DNA of 64,000 bases. Origin: Amphiscolops sp. MND2022 (taxonomy: Eukaryota). Below the pieces are notes generated by a model. It did no database searches, was not told where the DNA came from, and saw only the letters and a program-made list of their open reading frames with translations. Where the stretch lies: assembly GCA_964187785.1 (NCBI GenBank), contig OZ076411.1, forward strand, positions 22,258,001 to 22,322,000, read 5' to 3'. Positions 11,700-24,779 of the stretch are shown in pieces (within the stretch, counting starts at the first letter, position 1; each line of letters starts with the position of its first letter). The position numbers and the translations under genes are program-made.

Positions 11700-13640
11700 G
11701 TCTTATTTGGGAACCAGATTTGAGAGCCTTACATTAGGAATTGTTGAATGTAGGTTTTGTAGGCAAGAGCTTTTTGTTGACTTGAGATAAGCTTTGGGAA
11801 ACTTCTTTTGAGATTGATAAAACGGCCGTAGGCATCATGTAATATTTTTACAATGTGGGGGGTCCAGGAGAGGGTTGAAACAAAAAGGATACCAAGATCT
11901 TTGACCGGTTCGAAGGTGAATGAAACGTCCTCATCCTCGAAGACTAATATTGATTGTTCCTTTACATTTGACGTTTCCAAAGAACCATATGAGATTGGTT
12001 TTATCAGCACTAAAAACCATTTTAATTTCGAATGTCCAATCATGTAGTTGAAGAAGATCATTTTGAAGTTCATAAGGGCATTTCGTTGTTATTTTTGTAT
12101 CATCAGCAAACATGAGAACGTGAGACTTTGTGCAGCATTCTGGTGGATAATTTATGAAAACAATGAAAAATAGAGGCAACAAATTTGAGCCTTGCGGAAA
12201 TTCACTTGTAAAATTTTCAAATTTTGAGGCATAATCATCAACGATTACCCTCTGTTGTCGATTTTAGAGGTAAGAGCTCAGCAATTTCAACAAGTTACCA
12301 CCAATGCCGAAAGTTCGTAGTATTTGATGACTTACTTTGTAGAATGCTTTTGAAAAGTCCAGATACAAGGTATAAATATCTTCTCTATTTTCAAAAGCGT
12401 CCTGAAGAAGTTTTAACTGGACGAGAAGTTGAGTTGATGTAGACTTCCGTTTCAAAAAACCATGTTGGTTATTGACAATTTGAGACTCCACACTTGGATA
12501 CAGCTTTGAGAACAAAAATCTCTCAAACCAAAGGGACAGTTTTGATAGACTGCCAACGGGACGATAGCTTTCAATATTCTTTGCACTGCCTTTTTTATGT
12601 ATGGGTTTGATATCGATCAGCTTCCAGCACTCCGGGTATTCGCAGGTTGAAGTTAGATACTGAACTAACTTCAAAAAGTGAACACTCAGGTTGTTAGAAA
12701 CTGCACGAATAACATTACCAGGAACTTGATCGAGGCCAGTTCCTAGACTACAATTTGACAACCTTTCTGACACTTCATTTATATTGATTTCCAAGGAGTT
12801 GTACGTTGCCTCCGAGAAATCACATACTTCTTGAGTTCCGTCATTCACAAACTGTGCACAAAAAATCATTGAAGGAGGAAGCTATTTTCTTACTGCCTTT
12901 GAATTATTTGTCTTCTCCCTCCATTTCATCAGGAAGTGACGTATAACTTGTTTTCAACAACCGTATAAGTTTGTAGATCTCATTAACCCTGTCTTGATAA
13001 ACAGGTCTTGACAACCTGTAGGGTTGTCTTGATAAAATTTGTTGAGAAACCAATTTGTATCAAGTTCAATTGATTGTAACAGTTCGGACTTCGCAGTGAT
13101 GAAGCCAGTGTTCGAACCCAATGATAATTTAGATTCCGTTCTCAGTTTGTTTAATTGATGTATCGTGTGTGAACTATAATATGCTGGCAGGGCACTACGC
13201 GACAATCTTTTAAAAGGTATTGAAGAATACAAAAGGGAATAAAAACTTTGCATCCAGTTACTAGGGTAGTTGTAACCGTCAGAAAAAATTGAATAGAGAA
13301 AAATGGCCAATTTTTCATTGAGAAGTGATACCATGGAAGAATTCACAGAAAGATTTCTTCTGATTTCTTCCATTTGTCAGTCAAAATAGTTTGGGTACCA
13401 GTACGCTGCAAGCTGCAGAGCCTCCTTACAGTGTCCTTACATAAAATAAATTTTTCTATCACTTTTACGGAACCCAGATGATGATTCTTCAAAAGCGCTA
13501 TCATCTTGAATAGTGTGAACCCCTCTAGACATGCTAGGACCAGAGGTAGGCACTTAAAAATTGATAAAATAATTTCTGAAAAAAGTCCAATCAATAATTG
13601 TTTGGAACTCTGGCAATGAATAGTTGACAATTTTTGCAAA
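11700..13640 (-). mobile_element. Degraded non-LTR retrotransposon (CR1/L2-like reverse transcriptase)
   Basis: Frameshifted RT motifs: WKLIDIKPIHKKG..YRPVGSLS, QHGFLKRKST, YLDFSKAFYKVSH, PQGS (12190-12205), LMFADDTKI, DLGILFVSTLSWTPHI. Confidence 0.85.
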
Positions 13641-13918
13641 AAAATGTAACAAAAAATCCAAACAAAAACTAGTAAACAAAGTTCAGTCAGAGTTCAAAAC
13701 CATTCAAAAACCTACATTGAGAATATCATCAATGGTTTTCACACTCCGGAACATCTAATTCACTTTCAGGGAAAATGGTTGTACGAGGTTTTCCGAAATC
13801 AAATTCGGCCGCAAGTCACTGAAGGCTTAAACGGCAGAGCTGAAAAACTACTCTATCATGTTCGGTGGAAAACAAGCAGATCCTGCAATATTGGGGTTTG
13901 ATATGAAAAAGACCTGAC

Positions 13919-14097
13919 TGTCAGAACGCATTGAAGTCCCAAAGTTGCGGACGTTTTGGTCGTTCTCTTCCCTACTGTTCGTCACCTTCTCAGTAAGGGC
14001 TCTAACCATTCTCGTTAATTCGCAAATCTGCTTGTTCATTTAAAGAACCTTGGTTCTATCTTTAGTTTTTCATTATATCTCTCTCTCCCTCTCTCTC

Positions 14098-14128
<31 letters not shown>

Positions 14129-14183
14129 CTCTCTCTCTCGCTCTCGAGATCTCATTATCTTTTCATCATTCTCATTGAAAAAG
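13919..14183 (-). mobile_element. 3' part of a Gypsy-family LTR (same family as 31242-31560), split by the Copia insertion
   Basis: About 85-90% identical by eye to 31242-31450. Encodes MNKQICELTRMVRALTEKVTNSREENDQNVRNFGTSMRSD and ends ...TTCTGACA. No PBS follows. Confidence 0.8.
14078..14146. repeat. (CT)n/(AG)n microsatellite inside the LTR
   Basis: ctctctctccctctctctctctttctctttctc... tract that is absent from the homologous LTR near 31405. Confidence 0.9.
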
Positions 14184-17100
14184 TTTTTGGGCCTGAGCTC
14201 CTTCTGATCGAGGCTGAATGACAAAGAGTTGCAATGAGAGCTCATTGAATGCAGGCTTGGGTATGTTCTTGGTGAAGATATCAGCCAAGTTGTTTTGTGG
14301 AGACATAAGACAGTTGAATGCGTTTGTCCTCAACCAGTTGACGGATGAAGTGGTGTCGGGTTTCTATGTGTTTAGCACGTTTGTGAGCGACAGGGTTGGT
14401 GGCCAGTGCGAGTGCCCCTTGATTGTCACCACACAACAGAACAGGCGTGTCCACCGTCATCAGGCAGAAGATTGTGAGCAAGCCTTGCAAATAGACTGCT
14501 TCCTGTGCAGCCAAACCCAACGAAACATACTCTGCTTCACATGAGCTAAGTGCCACACACCCTTGCTTTTTGGACGCCCAAGAGACAACATTACCAAAAC
14601 GACTTCGTTTGAAGCAAAAACACGAAGTTGACTTGCGATCATCCTTGTCGGTGGCCCAATCGCAATTCGAAAAACCAAAACGTTCGAGATTTTCAGAGCG
14701 TTTATACACAAGAGACAGAGACTCGGTGCCCCTGAGAAAACGGAGAATGTGTTTCAATGCACATCAAAGGGCTTTACCGGGCTTTGACACAAATTACGCT
14801 AAAGTATAGACAGCAAAGCAAATATCGGGGCGGCTAACAACGGACAAATACATTAGGTTTCCAACTAAGCTACGATATTGTTTCTGTTCGCAAAACTCAA
14901 GTTAGTTTTCACTGCTTTCGATGGGGAAGTCCGATTTAGACTGTTTTGTAAGGGCTAAAGCTGGCGTACTGACTGGTTTACAAACAGACATATGGCTTTT
15001 GCGCAAAATGTCCTTTATATATGACCGCTGACTACGCGAAATGCGGCCGCGTGACTGTTCAACATTTCATCCCAAGACCCGAGTCATTTTCCCACGATCA
15101 TCCATTCTGAATGCATCGCTGAGTTTCGCCTTGAAATCATGCAGCTTTTTGTCGATGTCTGTAAAGTACAAATTGTCGTCGACTCAGACTAGTGCAAAAA
15201 ATTGGGAACCATTGGTCCCATCGCAACGAAAAAGACAATGATCCTCGGCAGACTGTATAAATTCGTTTTTCAAAAACCACAGGGTTAAGGAATTTTTCCT
15301 TTCCCTCCCTGCTTGTTTTAAACCATAAAGGCATTTTTAAAGCTTGCAATAAAGTGTTTCATCCTTAGCTCCCGCTTGTGCAAAGCTTTGTGGTTGTTCT
15401 ATGTAAATTTCATCACCTATCTAAGTTCGCATTGAGGAAAGCTGAACGGACGTTCAACTGAAAAACCAAAGTCAACCAAGACGCAGTGAGCGCAAACCAA
15501 ATCCTCATTGTACAAAGTTTGGCAGTAGGCGCAAAGGTTTCATCGTAATCGCTTCCAAAAACTTGCGAAAACCCTTGGGCTACGAAACGAGCCTTGAATT
15601 TCTCATTAGTTCCGTCGTCGTGTCGCTTACTTTTGAAAACCCACCGGCTTCCAATTGCTTTTCGGCCAAGGGCAAGCGGAGGAAGCACCCAGGTCTTGTT
15701 CTCGAATGAGCGCAATATATTTCTCTCGAGTAGCTTCGATCCATTCGCTTTTAAGCGATGACTTCATTGCTTAACGATAAGCTAGATTCTCATTGCTGTC
15801 ATCCGTTAAAAGAACGTAGTCGTCGAGATCCGCAGGAGGTTTGATAACTCTCCCACTTCGAGACCGCAAAAAAACACTACTTTCAATGGCATCAATGTTT
15901 TCAGATGAAACAACAGCACCGGGGGAAGGAGTTGTTTCAGTTTCGAAATCATTCAATGTTTCAGTCGGTAAAATAGAAACTGAAGACTTTTCGCAAAAAT
16001 ATTTCTGTGTTTCAGGCACAACTTGTTTCGGTGCCGACTTTTCGGTTACAAGTGCTCGGATGTTTTGACTTGGGTGCGCAGCGAAAGAGTCGAAAGAAGT
16101 CTCATCAAAGGACACGTTGCGAGAAAACGAAGTCTTTTCATCGTAAGGATTGTACAAAATGTATGCTTCGGAATCCTCAGAATAACCAACAAAAGCTTCT
16201 TTGGTGGCTTCATCGGAAAGTATGTCTTGATGCGTTTCATTGTGTTTGAAAGCAGTACATCCGAAAACTTTCAAATTGCAAAGGTCTGGTTTTTCACCAA
16301 AAAACATTTCGAAGGGCGTTTTACCTTTTGGTAAACTAACTGCGAGGCAACGGTTTGAAATGTAAAAAGCATTGTGTAAGGTCCAAACCCAAAATTCAAT
16401 GCCGAGTTTGGCTATTTTTAGCATGTAGCGAGCCATTTCGACTGTTGTTTGCCAGCGACGTTCACACACCATTTTGATGAGGCGAATAAGGGGCTGTTTG
16501 CTAACGTTTGTTTCGGTTTGATATACAAAAACTTCGGAGAGGCTTGGAATTGTACTCTCTTCCATTATTAGAACGGATTGCTCTGGGCGTTCCCACTGCG
16601 CACAAAAAACATTGAATTTATCCAGGCACTCCTTCGATTTGAGGAAACATACCGCTGAGTACCTACTGTAGCTATCCGTAAAAAAAATAGCGTGTCGGTT
16701 GTCACTAAGCGAATTAGTTGGCATTGGTTCCAAAAGGTCAGTGAAAACGAGATCAAACTTCGAAGATTTTCTTTTCTCCATTTTTCGCGATACTGGTTGC
16801 CGTCGTGACTTAGGAATATTGCATACTTCGCAACAACAAAGTTTATTCAAGCTCATTCCCGAATTATGCTGAGCCAAACGTTTCAGATTTTGAAATTGTT
16901 GTGACCAAGGCGATGATGCCATAGCACCGCTTCTTCGTTCTCGCCGGAAAAGGAACAAAGATCAAATGTCTTTCCTTTCGAAACGTAAATATTAGCGTGC
17001 TCTTCAACAGGAATGGTTGCTCTTCCATTGACAAAAATGCTCAGAGATTGTCCGAAGCTCACTTGAGTTTTGTCTCAACTTGGTAACGCTGATCAAGTTA

Positions 17101-18525
17101 ATGAGAATGATCAGGAAGAAAAAGACAGTCGGAAAATGTCAGGCAACGTTCGATCCCATCTTTGTCAAAAAGTAAAAGAGAAACTTTCCAACACCCTCAA
17201 CTTGCTAAAAAGACCCAATCGCTTTTTTACTTTGCGTCGTGTTTCTTCGCTAAAGTCGAAGAACAGAGTACGGTGAAAAAACATATGCGAGGAAGCACCA
17301 GAGTCGATGACCAAAGTGTGCTCCTTCACCTCGCATTTTTGTCTAGTGAATGCAGTCTCACTACCATCACGAAAAAAACTAAGTCCTCAGCTAGGGTTGA
17401 CGCTCCTGTCTCAGCACTTGACCTAGGGTTCAAAAGAGTCTTTTTCTCGAAACATTTATTCTCTTCATGGCCAAAACGCCTGCAAAAGTTGCTCTGAGAA
17501 ACACTACAAGTGGCTTGTATATGTCCACTTTTACCGCAACGCGTACACTTCCCAGTGAATTTTTCAGGTTTACGTGCGGAACTTTTCGCAACAGTTCCTT
17601 TGGATAACAAAGCAACATTGTCTTCGCTAGCTGTCGCAAATTGTAGGTTACGAGAACTTTCGAAATTTTTTAATGCCTCCTTCCTTTCCGCAAAAGACGC
17701 CTTATCTTTGGAAAATTCGTGCACAGTTTGAAGTAGTCGTATTCGGAAGGCAAACCCTTGAGAACTATTGAAGGTAACATGTTTTCAGAAACATTCTCAC
17801 CAGCGAGCTCCAATTGCTTACTCACATACTCCGCTCGAGTCAGGTAGTCAACCGTGCTTTCCGTGGGCTCCAATCGCAGGGTTGTAAACTTCTCCAATAG
17901 GTTCAGCAACCTCGGTGTTTCGGTGCTGTTGAAGTGGTTTCGCAGTAGTTACCGTGTCTTCGGACCATCACCCATGCAGCTGTTCGTCAGCATCAGGATA
18001 CTGCGGCTGTCGATACACTGTACCAAGTACGCTCCTTTTCGTACTTCTTGTCATTCGAACCAGCATCTGTTCCACTCAGCACATTCAGCAGCTTTTTCGT
18101 GAAACATACCCCCTCGAATCGCTCCTGCCACACAGCGAAGTCTTCTTCCTTGCCAGAGAACTGGAGATACTGCAAATGTCGATCCATCCCCCACAAAGTC
18201 CAAGCAGAAGCCCGAAACTGGCAGAAGGTAGTAACTGAAACAAACGTGTCAAACAGGAATTCCCACGAAGATAAGCTACACAGTTAACGGAAGCAAAACG
18301 GCGGTAACGGACGGCATAAAAAAGCAAAAATTGAGGATATCCGAGACGCAAAAAGCAAAAAATGAGAACGAGAATAAAGATCAGACGAGCATAGTTAGCG
18401 TAAGCAGAAAAATGTTGAAAAAAAACAAACTCACCAAAACGCTGGGCTCATAACCTGTTAGGGCCTGAATTCCTTCTGATCGTGGCTGGGTTGGCGGATT
18501 ATTGAAGATCGAATTTTGTCAAAAC
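14184..18525 (-). mobile_element. Ty1/Copia LTR retrotransposon, degraded (gag-PR-IN-RT-RNase H order)
   Basis: gag LQFSGKEEDFAVWQERF; UBN2-like LLEKFTTLRL..VLKGLPSEY; knuckle CTRCGKSGHIQATC; protease VIDSGASSHM (~17290-17320); integrase FTDSYSRYSAV..ERRWQT; RT WVFKSK..KARFVAQGFSQ..ETFAP; RNase H DWATDKDDRKSTS..SSCEAEY..HKRAKHIETRHHFIR. Integrase precedes RT. Confidence 0.93.
18441..18455 (-). promoter_or_regulatory. Copia primer-binding site of the half-tRNA-iMet type
   Basis: GGTTATGAGCCCAGC lies directly after the LTR end ...GGCCCTAACA. It closely matches the Drosophila copia PBS (GGTTATGGGCCCAG), which pairs with an internal part of tRNA-iMet. Confidence 0.75.
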
Positions 18526-18539
18526 TATACTTTGACAAT

Positions 18540-19212
18540 TTTGAAGAGGACAAACGCATTCAACTGTTTTATGTCTCCACAAAGAACAGTTTGGCTGATA
18601 TCTTCACCAAGAACTTACCCAAGCCTGCCTTTAATGAACTCTCATTGCTAGTCTTTGTCATTCAGCAACCTCAGTCATCAACTTAACCCTTGCCTCCCTC
18701 ACAACTCAATTTTTTTGCTTTATCCATTATTATTTTCCGCCCACATAAGTGAGGGAGGAAAATCATGATCTGTGACGCGTTTTTTTACTAATTGTGCCAA
18801 AACTTTTTTTACTCCATTTAGTAACACGCATTTACTCCATTTAGTGACACACATTTAGTTACTCCATCCAGTCACCATGGAGCAGTTGGCAGACACGAGG
18901 TCATGGATTCAAACCCGGGCTGGTGTTTGTTTTTTCATTCCCAGCCACCAACAAACCTCGGAAACTCTAATCGATCGGGGGTGTTAGAGACCGATGAAGG
19001 TCAAAAGACCATTGAAGGTCAAATATCTCAGACTATACCAGACTGAACTAATTTAGTTTATTATTATTGTTTGGAAACATGTACCTGTTATTTTTATCTT
19101 CAATTGACTGAATCACTTTCACAACACACATCTCAAAATAAAGTTTTGACAAAAATTTGTCATCAAAATTCCGACAACCCAGCCACGAGCAGAAGGAGTT
19201 CAGGCCCTAACA
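18540..19212 (+). mobile_element. Plus-strand 3' fragment of the same Copia family: RNase H tail, purine tract and 231-bp LTR (18982-19212)
   Basis: 18540-18665 is an inverted, roughly 88% identical copy of 14215-14330. ggggg precedes TGTTAGAGACC. The LTR ends ...AGGAGTTCAGGCCCTAACA, and its last ~70 bp match 18456-18525 in inverted orientation. Confidence 0.75.
18870..18930 (+). repeat. Possible tRNA-derived SINE head relic
   Basis: ttggcagacacgaggtcatggattcaaacccgggc has a B-box-like motif. A similar ttggcagac...ggttctaatccc occurs on the minus strand at ~4495-4545. No full cloverleaf. Confidence 0.3.
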
Positions 19213-19345
19213 AAAAACTCCCTGCGTAATGATCAGCATCAGTATTATCGTCTTCATCATCAACAAATCCATCTACTACTGGTTGTTCGTTTTGAATCTC
19301 CCTATTATTCTGGGATCTAGTATTAACCATGTTGATTGGTGGCAA
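19213..19345 (-). mobile_element. 5' part of the split Gypsy LTR ORF (MVNTRSQNNREIQNEQPVVDGFVDDEDD...DHYAG); the LTR probably extends further right
   Basis: Homologous to 31450-31560. It continues exactly where 14183 resumes, with a 5-bp TSD-like pair aaaag (14179-14183) / aaaaa (19213-19217). Confidence 0.8.
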
Positions 19346-22300
19346 TTGTTTGTTTGCTTTGCGTAGGCGGAGAGCAGGGACTTGTGCGTGCTGAAGAAAC
19401 AGTTACAGATTTAACGTCAACATTATTCGGAAGTAGGTATTAGCGGTAAAGTTGGTTTGTTCGGTAAAGTTGGTTTGTTTAAGCCACGTCAACCAATCGT
19501 GCGCTGATTTGAATGAAATTGTTTGTCAAGTTGTTGGATATTCGAGCGTAATACATCGGCAGTTGAAACGTGAAATTGCAGTAGGACTTAGTGTGTTATT
19601 TGACGAACTTGTTTGCTAATGGCAGACCATTCCCTTCATCGTTGTAACTACGTTACTTGTTATCCATACTTTCCTGAAATTGATCCTCGCGTTGATTTGT
19701 AAGGACATTTAGTTGGTCGTGTGGAGGACGTTGTAGGCTTTGGTATTTTGGATGGCTTGGAGAAAAAAGGAAATTGTTGTTGTTGTTCCTTTGGGATTTT
19801 GACTCTCGGTAACGACTATGAACTTCAGATGTGATTAGTTGCATCTGTTGAAAGAGTGTATAATAGTAGTTTTCAGAAAACCCAGTTGAGTTTTCTTTTG
19901 AATATTGTGTTGTGTTTCAATTTTTTGAGTGAGTAGTTGATCAGTCCACACATTCAAAACTGAAACTATAATCTTTTCTAGTCGTTGTTGGAAATACTTT
20001 GTTTAGCTTTGGTTAACGTCAGCGGATTGTCAATTTATTCCTCTGGGAGACGGCTCATGCTTAATCCAGACCACCATCCCCTTGATCCGGAGTTGATTTT
20101 TATAGTAACTCAAGCTGAGCATTGTCTTGTGGAAGTGGAAGAAATGTCGTCTGGTTCATATACCTCTGAGTTGGATCAGTTAGGCGACGATGTCGTTCCC
20201 GTCTCCAGTTGTTGCGTCTTAGCTGCTACCATTCCATCCCCTGTACGTTCCGGTTTGGGGAGCTTGTTGAAGGAATTCAGTAAGTACTCGTCTTTTAATC
20301 TCTGGGGTATGTCAGAGTAATCCGCTATGGAACTACCGTTGTGAGGCTTGGTATTTGATCAAGTTTTTAGGTCGTGAACTGAACGCTCTGTTCGGGATCA
20401 GTAGACTGTACTACTCATTTTTGCTGCCTCCTGTATCATTACCCGGGTATTGTGTTTGTCGTTGGTTAAGGGGTGGTCCTTCCAACTCTCAGTGTGTTTC
20501 TTATGTGTGTGTTCTGCTGTAGGAGAAGTCGTTTTATCCTCAATTGCGGATTTCCTAAAGTTGTATCACCATCATCGCCGTGTCGCCACTACAGATGAAA
20601 CGACGCTACAGGTATTCAGTCGTCTCGGTGGAGTCTTGTCGCCTCGAGTGGGTTAGTCTCTCACAATAATGTCTTACCGGAGCATGTCCTCCCTCTTATT
20701 TCTCTTGGTAGGAGTTGGTCAGGGCATGCTTGGAGTGTTGTGTTGTTTTTGACACGGGGTTTCTGTGTCGTGTGTCGTAAGTAGCATCTGTGTGTGTTAT
20801 CGGTATGGGTTTTTCGAAGGTACTGCCTCTTGCACTGAAGGTCTGACGAGTTACTGTGTGTCCTTTGAGGCGCGTGTGGAACATGATATCAATGGCTGTG
20901 TGAAGGCAGCCATTGAGTCAAGTATGGATCAGTTGGGCACTGTCGGAGCTATGGCCATGGAAGATGTTCTTCAGAAGATGAAAGTTGTATTGAAGGAAAT
21001 TGTCAGCTAAATGTCACCGCATGGGGCTGTTACGAGTAGCCCTGAATTGTCTGTTCCTCTGATGCCTGAAGTGTTTCCCGTAGTTGGGAAAACCATTTCC
21101 GTGTGTTCTGGGTCGCGTCGGTGCTAGCTCTGTGGTGCCAACTGGGTTTGGAGACAGGGGGTCAGTTTCGTCAGCCGTAGACCCTGAGGTCGCTCCGTTG
21201 TCTGTCGTCAGACCTGGTAAGAATCTCATAAGATCATGTGGGGGTTTTAGTTATAGGGTAGAGAAACGAAAAAAGGAAAAACATGAAGCACGAAGGAAAA
21301 CGTAATAGTTTGAACCTTACATATACTTTCTTGTTTTTTGTCTTTTTTGTTTCTGAGTAGAAGTTTGTGTCTTGGCCGGTTAATTCGGACGTTTGTTCTG
21401 TTTTGTTTCAGGACGTAAGAGCAAGATCAATACTATGAAACCGCCCTTTTCTGTGTCAGGAGTTGTCGGGCTCTTCGTGGGTTTCGCGGTCACAAATGTA
21501 ATGCTGACAACTGTGCACGCTGATTTATGTGTAAGGTGGACATCAGACAGCTGGACGTGGGCTACAAAGCTTATGGGGGCATTGGAAGGGGCTCGAGCAT
21601 ACGCGTCTCCAGCAAAGGTATCGCATTATGACACAGAGTCCGCTTCCAGACATGTCCTACCGTCCTGTGACTGTGGGGGAGGACCGTCGAATCAGGTTGG
21701 AGCGGATGGTCGAACCTCCAGTGTACCTGGAATCCTCGTTAGGATTGTCCGTCGACGAACGTATCACCATCGAGGAAGCTAGTGCTCAGGCCGAAAGTTC
21801 GCCCAACCGTGACTGCGGAAAGCGGTCCATATTTGTGGCTTTGTTCATTGGTGATCAGTTTTACCACCGTGTCGACGTTCGAGGCTGTGATGGTGCAACT
21901 AGAACATTGGGCAATGTCTATGCAGACTGAATTGATTATTAGTCATCGATTGTCTAATTATGAACAGTGTCAGGTTTGTATGACTTTGCCCTTTCCGTCT
22001 GGACATTTTTTGCTTGTTTTGGCTGATCTAGTAACTAGTGTGCTTCAGTAGTGTTTTCGGCAGATTGTGTTTACCATGTGCTTTATATTGCTTGATCTTT
22101 GTGTTTAGAGTCTCGTTCTGAACGGATTGTACCGTTTTGTCATTGAGCAATTTGGAGAGATGACTTCGCCTGGTAGTCGTGTGGGTCTGCGCATCTACCG
22201 TGATGGTTCTCTGTGCGTCAGATTGTCACAACGTCGGTTGTTCCAATGTCAAGTCAGTTTGTCTCGGAGCGGTGTCTGCTGGCGAAAATTGGGAGAGTCA

Positions 22301-24779
22301 TCTAACCCACGTTGTGGCTACAATTCTGAATTGTCTGGATGTGGTCTTGGGTGTAAGCATGGTGTGTGTGGAGGGTTGCTTGAATGTGGGTCGCGCTATA
22401 GCTAGTGCAGTTACACCAACTGAACCAGTGTGCGTCCGAGTTTACGATCTACAGTGGTTATGTGATGTCATGAGGTGGAAGTTCGTTAGTCAGTTTGGCG
22501 ACTTGGACCCCTTTGGAGTTCCGGACTTCTTGAAGTTTCAACTAAGTGGTGTCATCGCTGATCATCGCTTCGATAAAATGCCGGAACTCCTCCGTCGTGT
22601 TGGTTTTAGTTTGTTTGTGTCGTTTGTTATTTTTGCTCTTGGACTTTTGTTTCGTGAAGTGACTTTTCGAAATTCGAGTTTTGAGTGTGCTCTCTCTTTT
22701 TTTGTATATTGAGTGTGAGGTTTTAGATTTTCTTGGTAGGTTTCTTTGTTTTTCCATTTTAGTTCGTTCAAATTAAAGCGTTGGCTGTACCTGACTTGGC
22801 TCGCGTTTGTGCTCAACTGGTAGAGATGTGGGAAGACGTGGGACTGTATTTTGGAACGCATCGTCCTACGACACCCACAGAGATTAGGACACAGCCTACT
22901 TTCGACGTTCATCTCTTCGAGGATAGAATGTCACGATCAAGCTTTGCAGTCTTACAATATCTCTTGTCATTTCGTTAGTATATTTTATTGATTTTGTCTT
23001 CTGTTTGTCTTTCTCTTTATCGTGTGTAAATATTGTAAAGAAGGAAAAAATGAGTGTGTATTACCACGGTGTGGTGATGGTGATTTTGTGGATATTAGAT
23101 TCTGGCATCGGGCTTAATGACTGTATGTTTTAGTCGTCGGCAGGTGTCAGAAGACGTGTTCCACTAGTCATGACCGCGACTTCTATTTTCGTCGAGGTTT
23201 GGCAGCAGTTATCTGCTTCCGTCTATCTACTATCAGTGTAGTCTGCTTCTAACATGCCTGCAGCGTACGCTGTCGAGCAGTGAATGCGATGGAGTTGAAG
23301 CATGTAGATGACGAACGTTATCACGTGTTGTTCGTGCAGTACTTCCTCTTTGTTGTAAGCGCTCAGCAGCCTATTTTCTGCCGTGAGGTACAGCAGTTTG
23401 TGCGTGATTCTAGTGGCAGAGGATCAATGTGGGCAAGCTGACGGGTTGTGACTTACCCCTTTTGCTCCCTTCCTGGTTTAATAAGGATCTAAGGATAGAC
23501 TTGTGGACTCGTTGCTGTTATCTTGCATCGTTTTGTCCCGTCACAAGTTATTTATTGCGGACGCCGGAGACATTGCGTTACACCAGTATCATAAATCAGT
23601 CGTTACTCTTCTGTCAGAAGTGGCTTAGTCAGTCAGGGCAGTTACCCGTTGTCGATGATGTTTTTAAACTGTGGCTCTTTTATCCTTACTGGCAGCGGTG
23701 TCTTGAGTTATTAGATCTCTTCAACCAAGTCATGTGGGGCTCGTCGCGGAGCCGATATGGTATCTATTTCTTGGACCTGGGACGTAGTGTGTTAAAAGAG
23801 CAAAAGATGCCTTTTAGCCTGAACTTTGTACGCAGTTGGATGAGTTCAGGGTTTGTTGGACGGCCTAGAGGCTTGATGACTGGGATCATCTGTCACTGTG
23901 ATTCTACCGACTTACAAGTTTCGCGGCTTAGCGATAATAACCGGTGTCGACCATGGGACCATCTTCTCAAACGGGGTTTGCTGAAATTTATCAAGAATGT
24001 GATTGTGTGCTTGTTCATGGTGTTGTGGCTACTGAAGAAGTTGCTGTGGATGCTTTTCGGTCCTCAGTCTGTGCTCGACTAGACAGTTGGGAAAAGCAAC
24101 TCAGCAGCCCTTGTAATTCGACCTCGAAAGGGAACGTTCAGAAAATAGAACTGTCGGTGTTTTGCGAGTGGATTGCCGATAATACTACTGCTTCAACGTC
24201 GGCTAGCCAACAAGTGCCCCGCTTGCAGTGTAAGGTGGGGATTGCTTCAACTTCATGTGACCAGTCAAAGTCGGAAGTCGTTGGTTCCCAGTTTTCCCCG
24301 GCTATCGGAAATCGTAGTAGCCGTTCGGGTGGAGTGCCCTCCTAGTAGAAGAAGAGAAGTCCAGCTCTAGAGGGATTCAGTCGGAAACATCGAAGAACAA
24401 AACTATGTCGAGTCCTGCAAAGCGTACTTAGAGTTCGGACGAACGAACGAAATTGCGGGTTTTGGTCATGACTTCATCAGACTGCAGTTCGTCGGGCAAC
24501 GCGTATTTTGGAACGATACAGTTTGACAATGTTAAACTTGACTGTTTTGCAAGACAATGCTTTGCTGGTGTTTGCCTCACTAAGTTTACTCTTCTTATTG
24601 TGTTAGAAGGGTTCGTCTTTTGGTGTACATTTTTTGTTGTATGTTACATGTTGTTCGGTCTTTTGTTTTATATAATTTGGTTCATGTACTTAGTGGCCTC
24701 AATTCAGAAGGAGAGTGGAAGGTGCGGGTAGTACTTTCTGTACAGAACACTGCGTTAGAGTGTTAGCGTAATTCAATTT

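Noticed and set aside
14036-14245. RE/RK-rich 'protein'
   Set aside because: Translation of a microsatellite inside an LTR.
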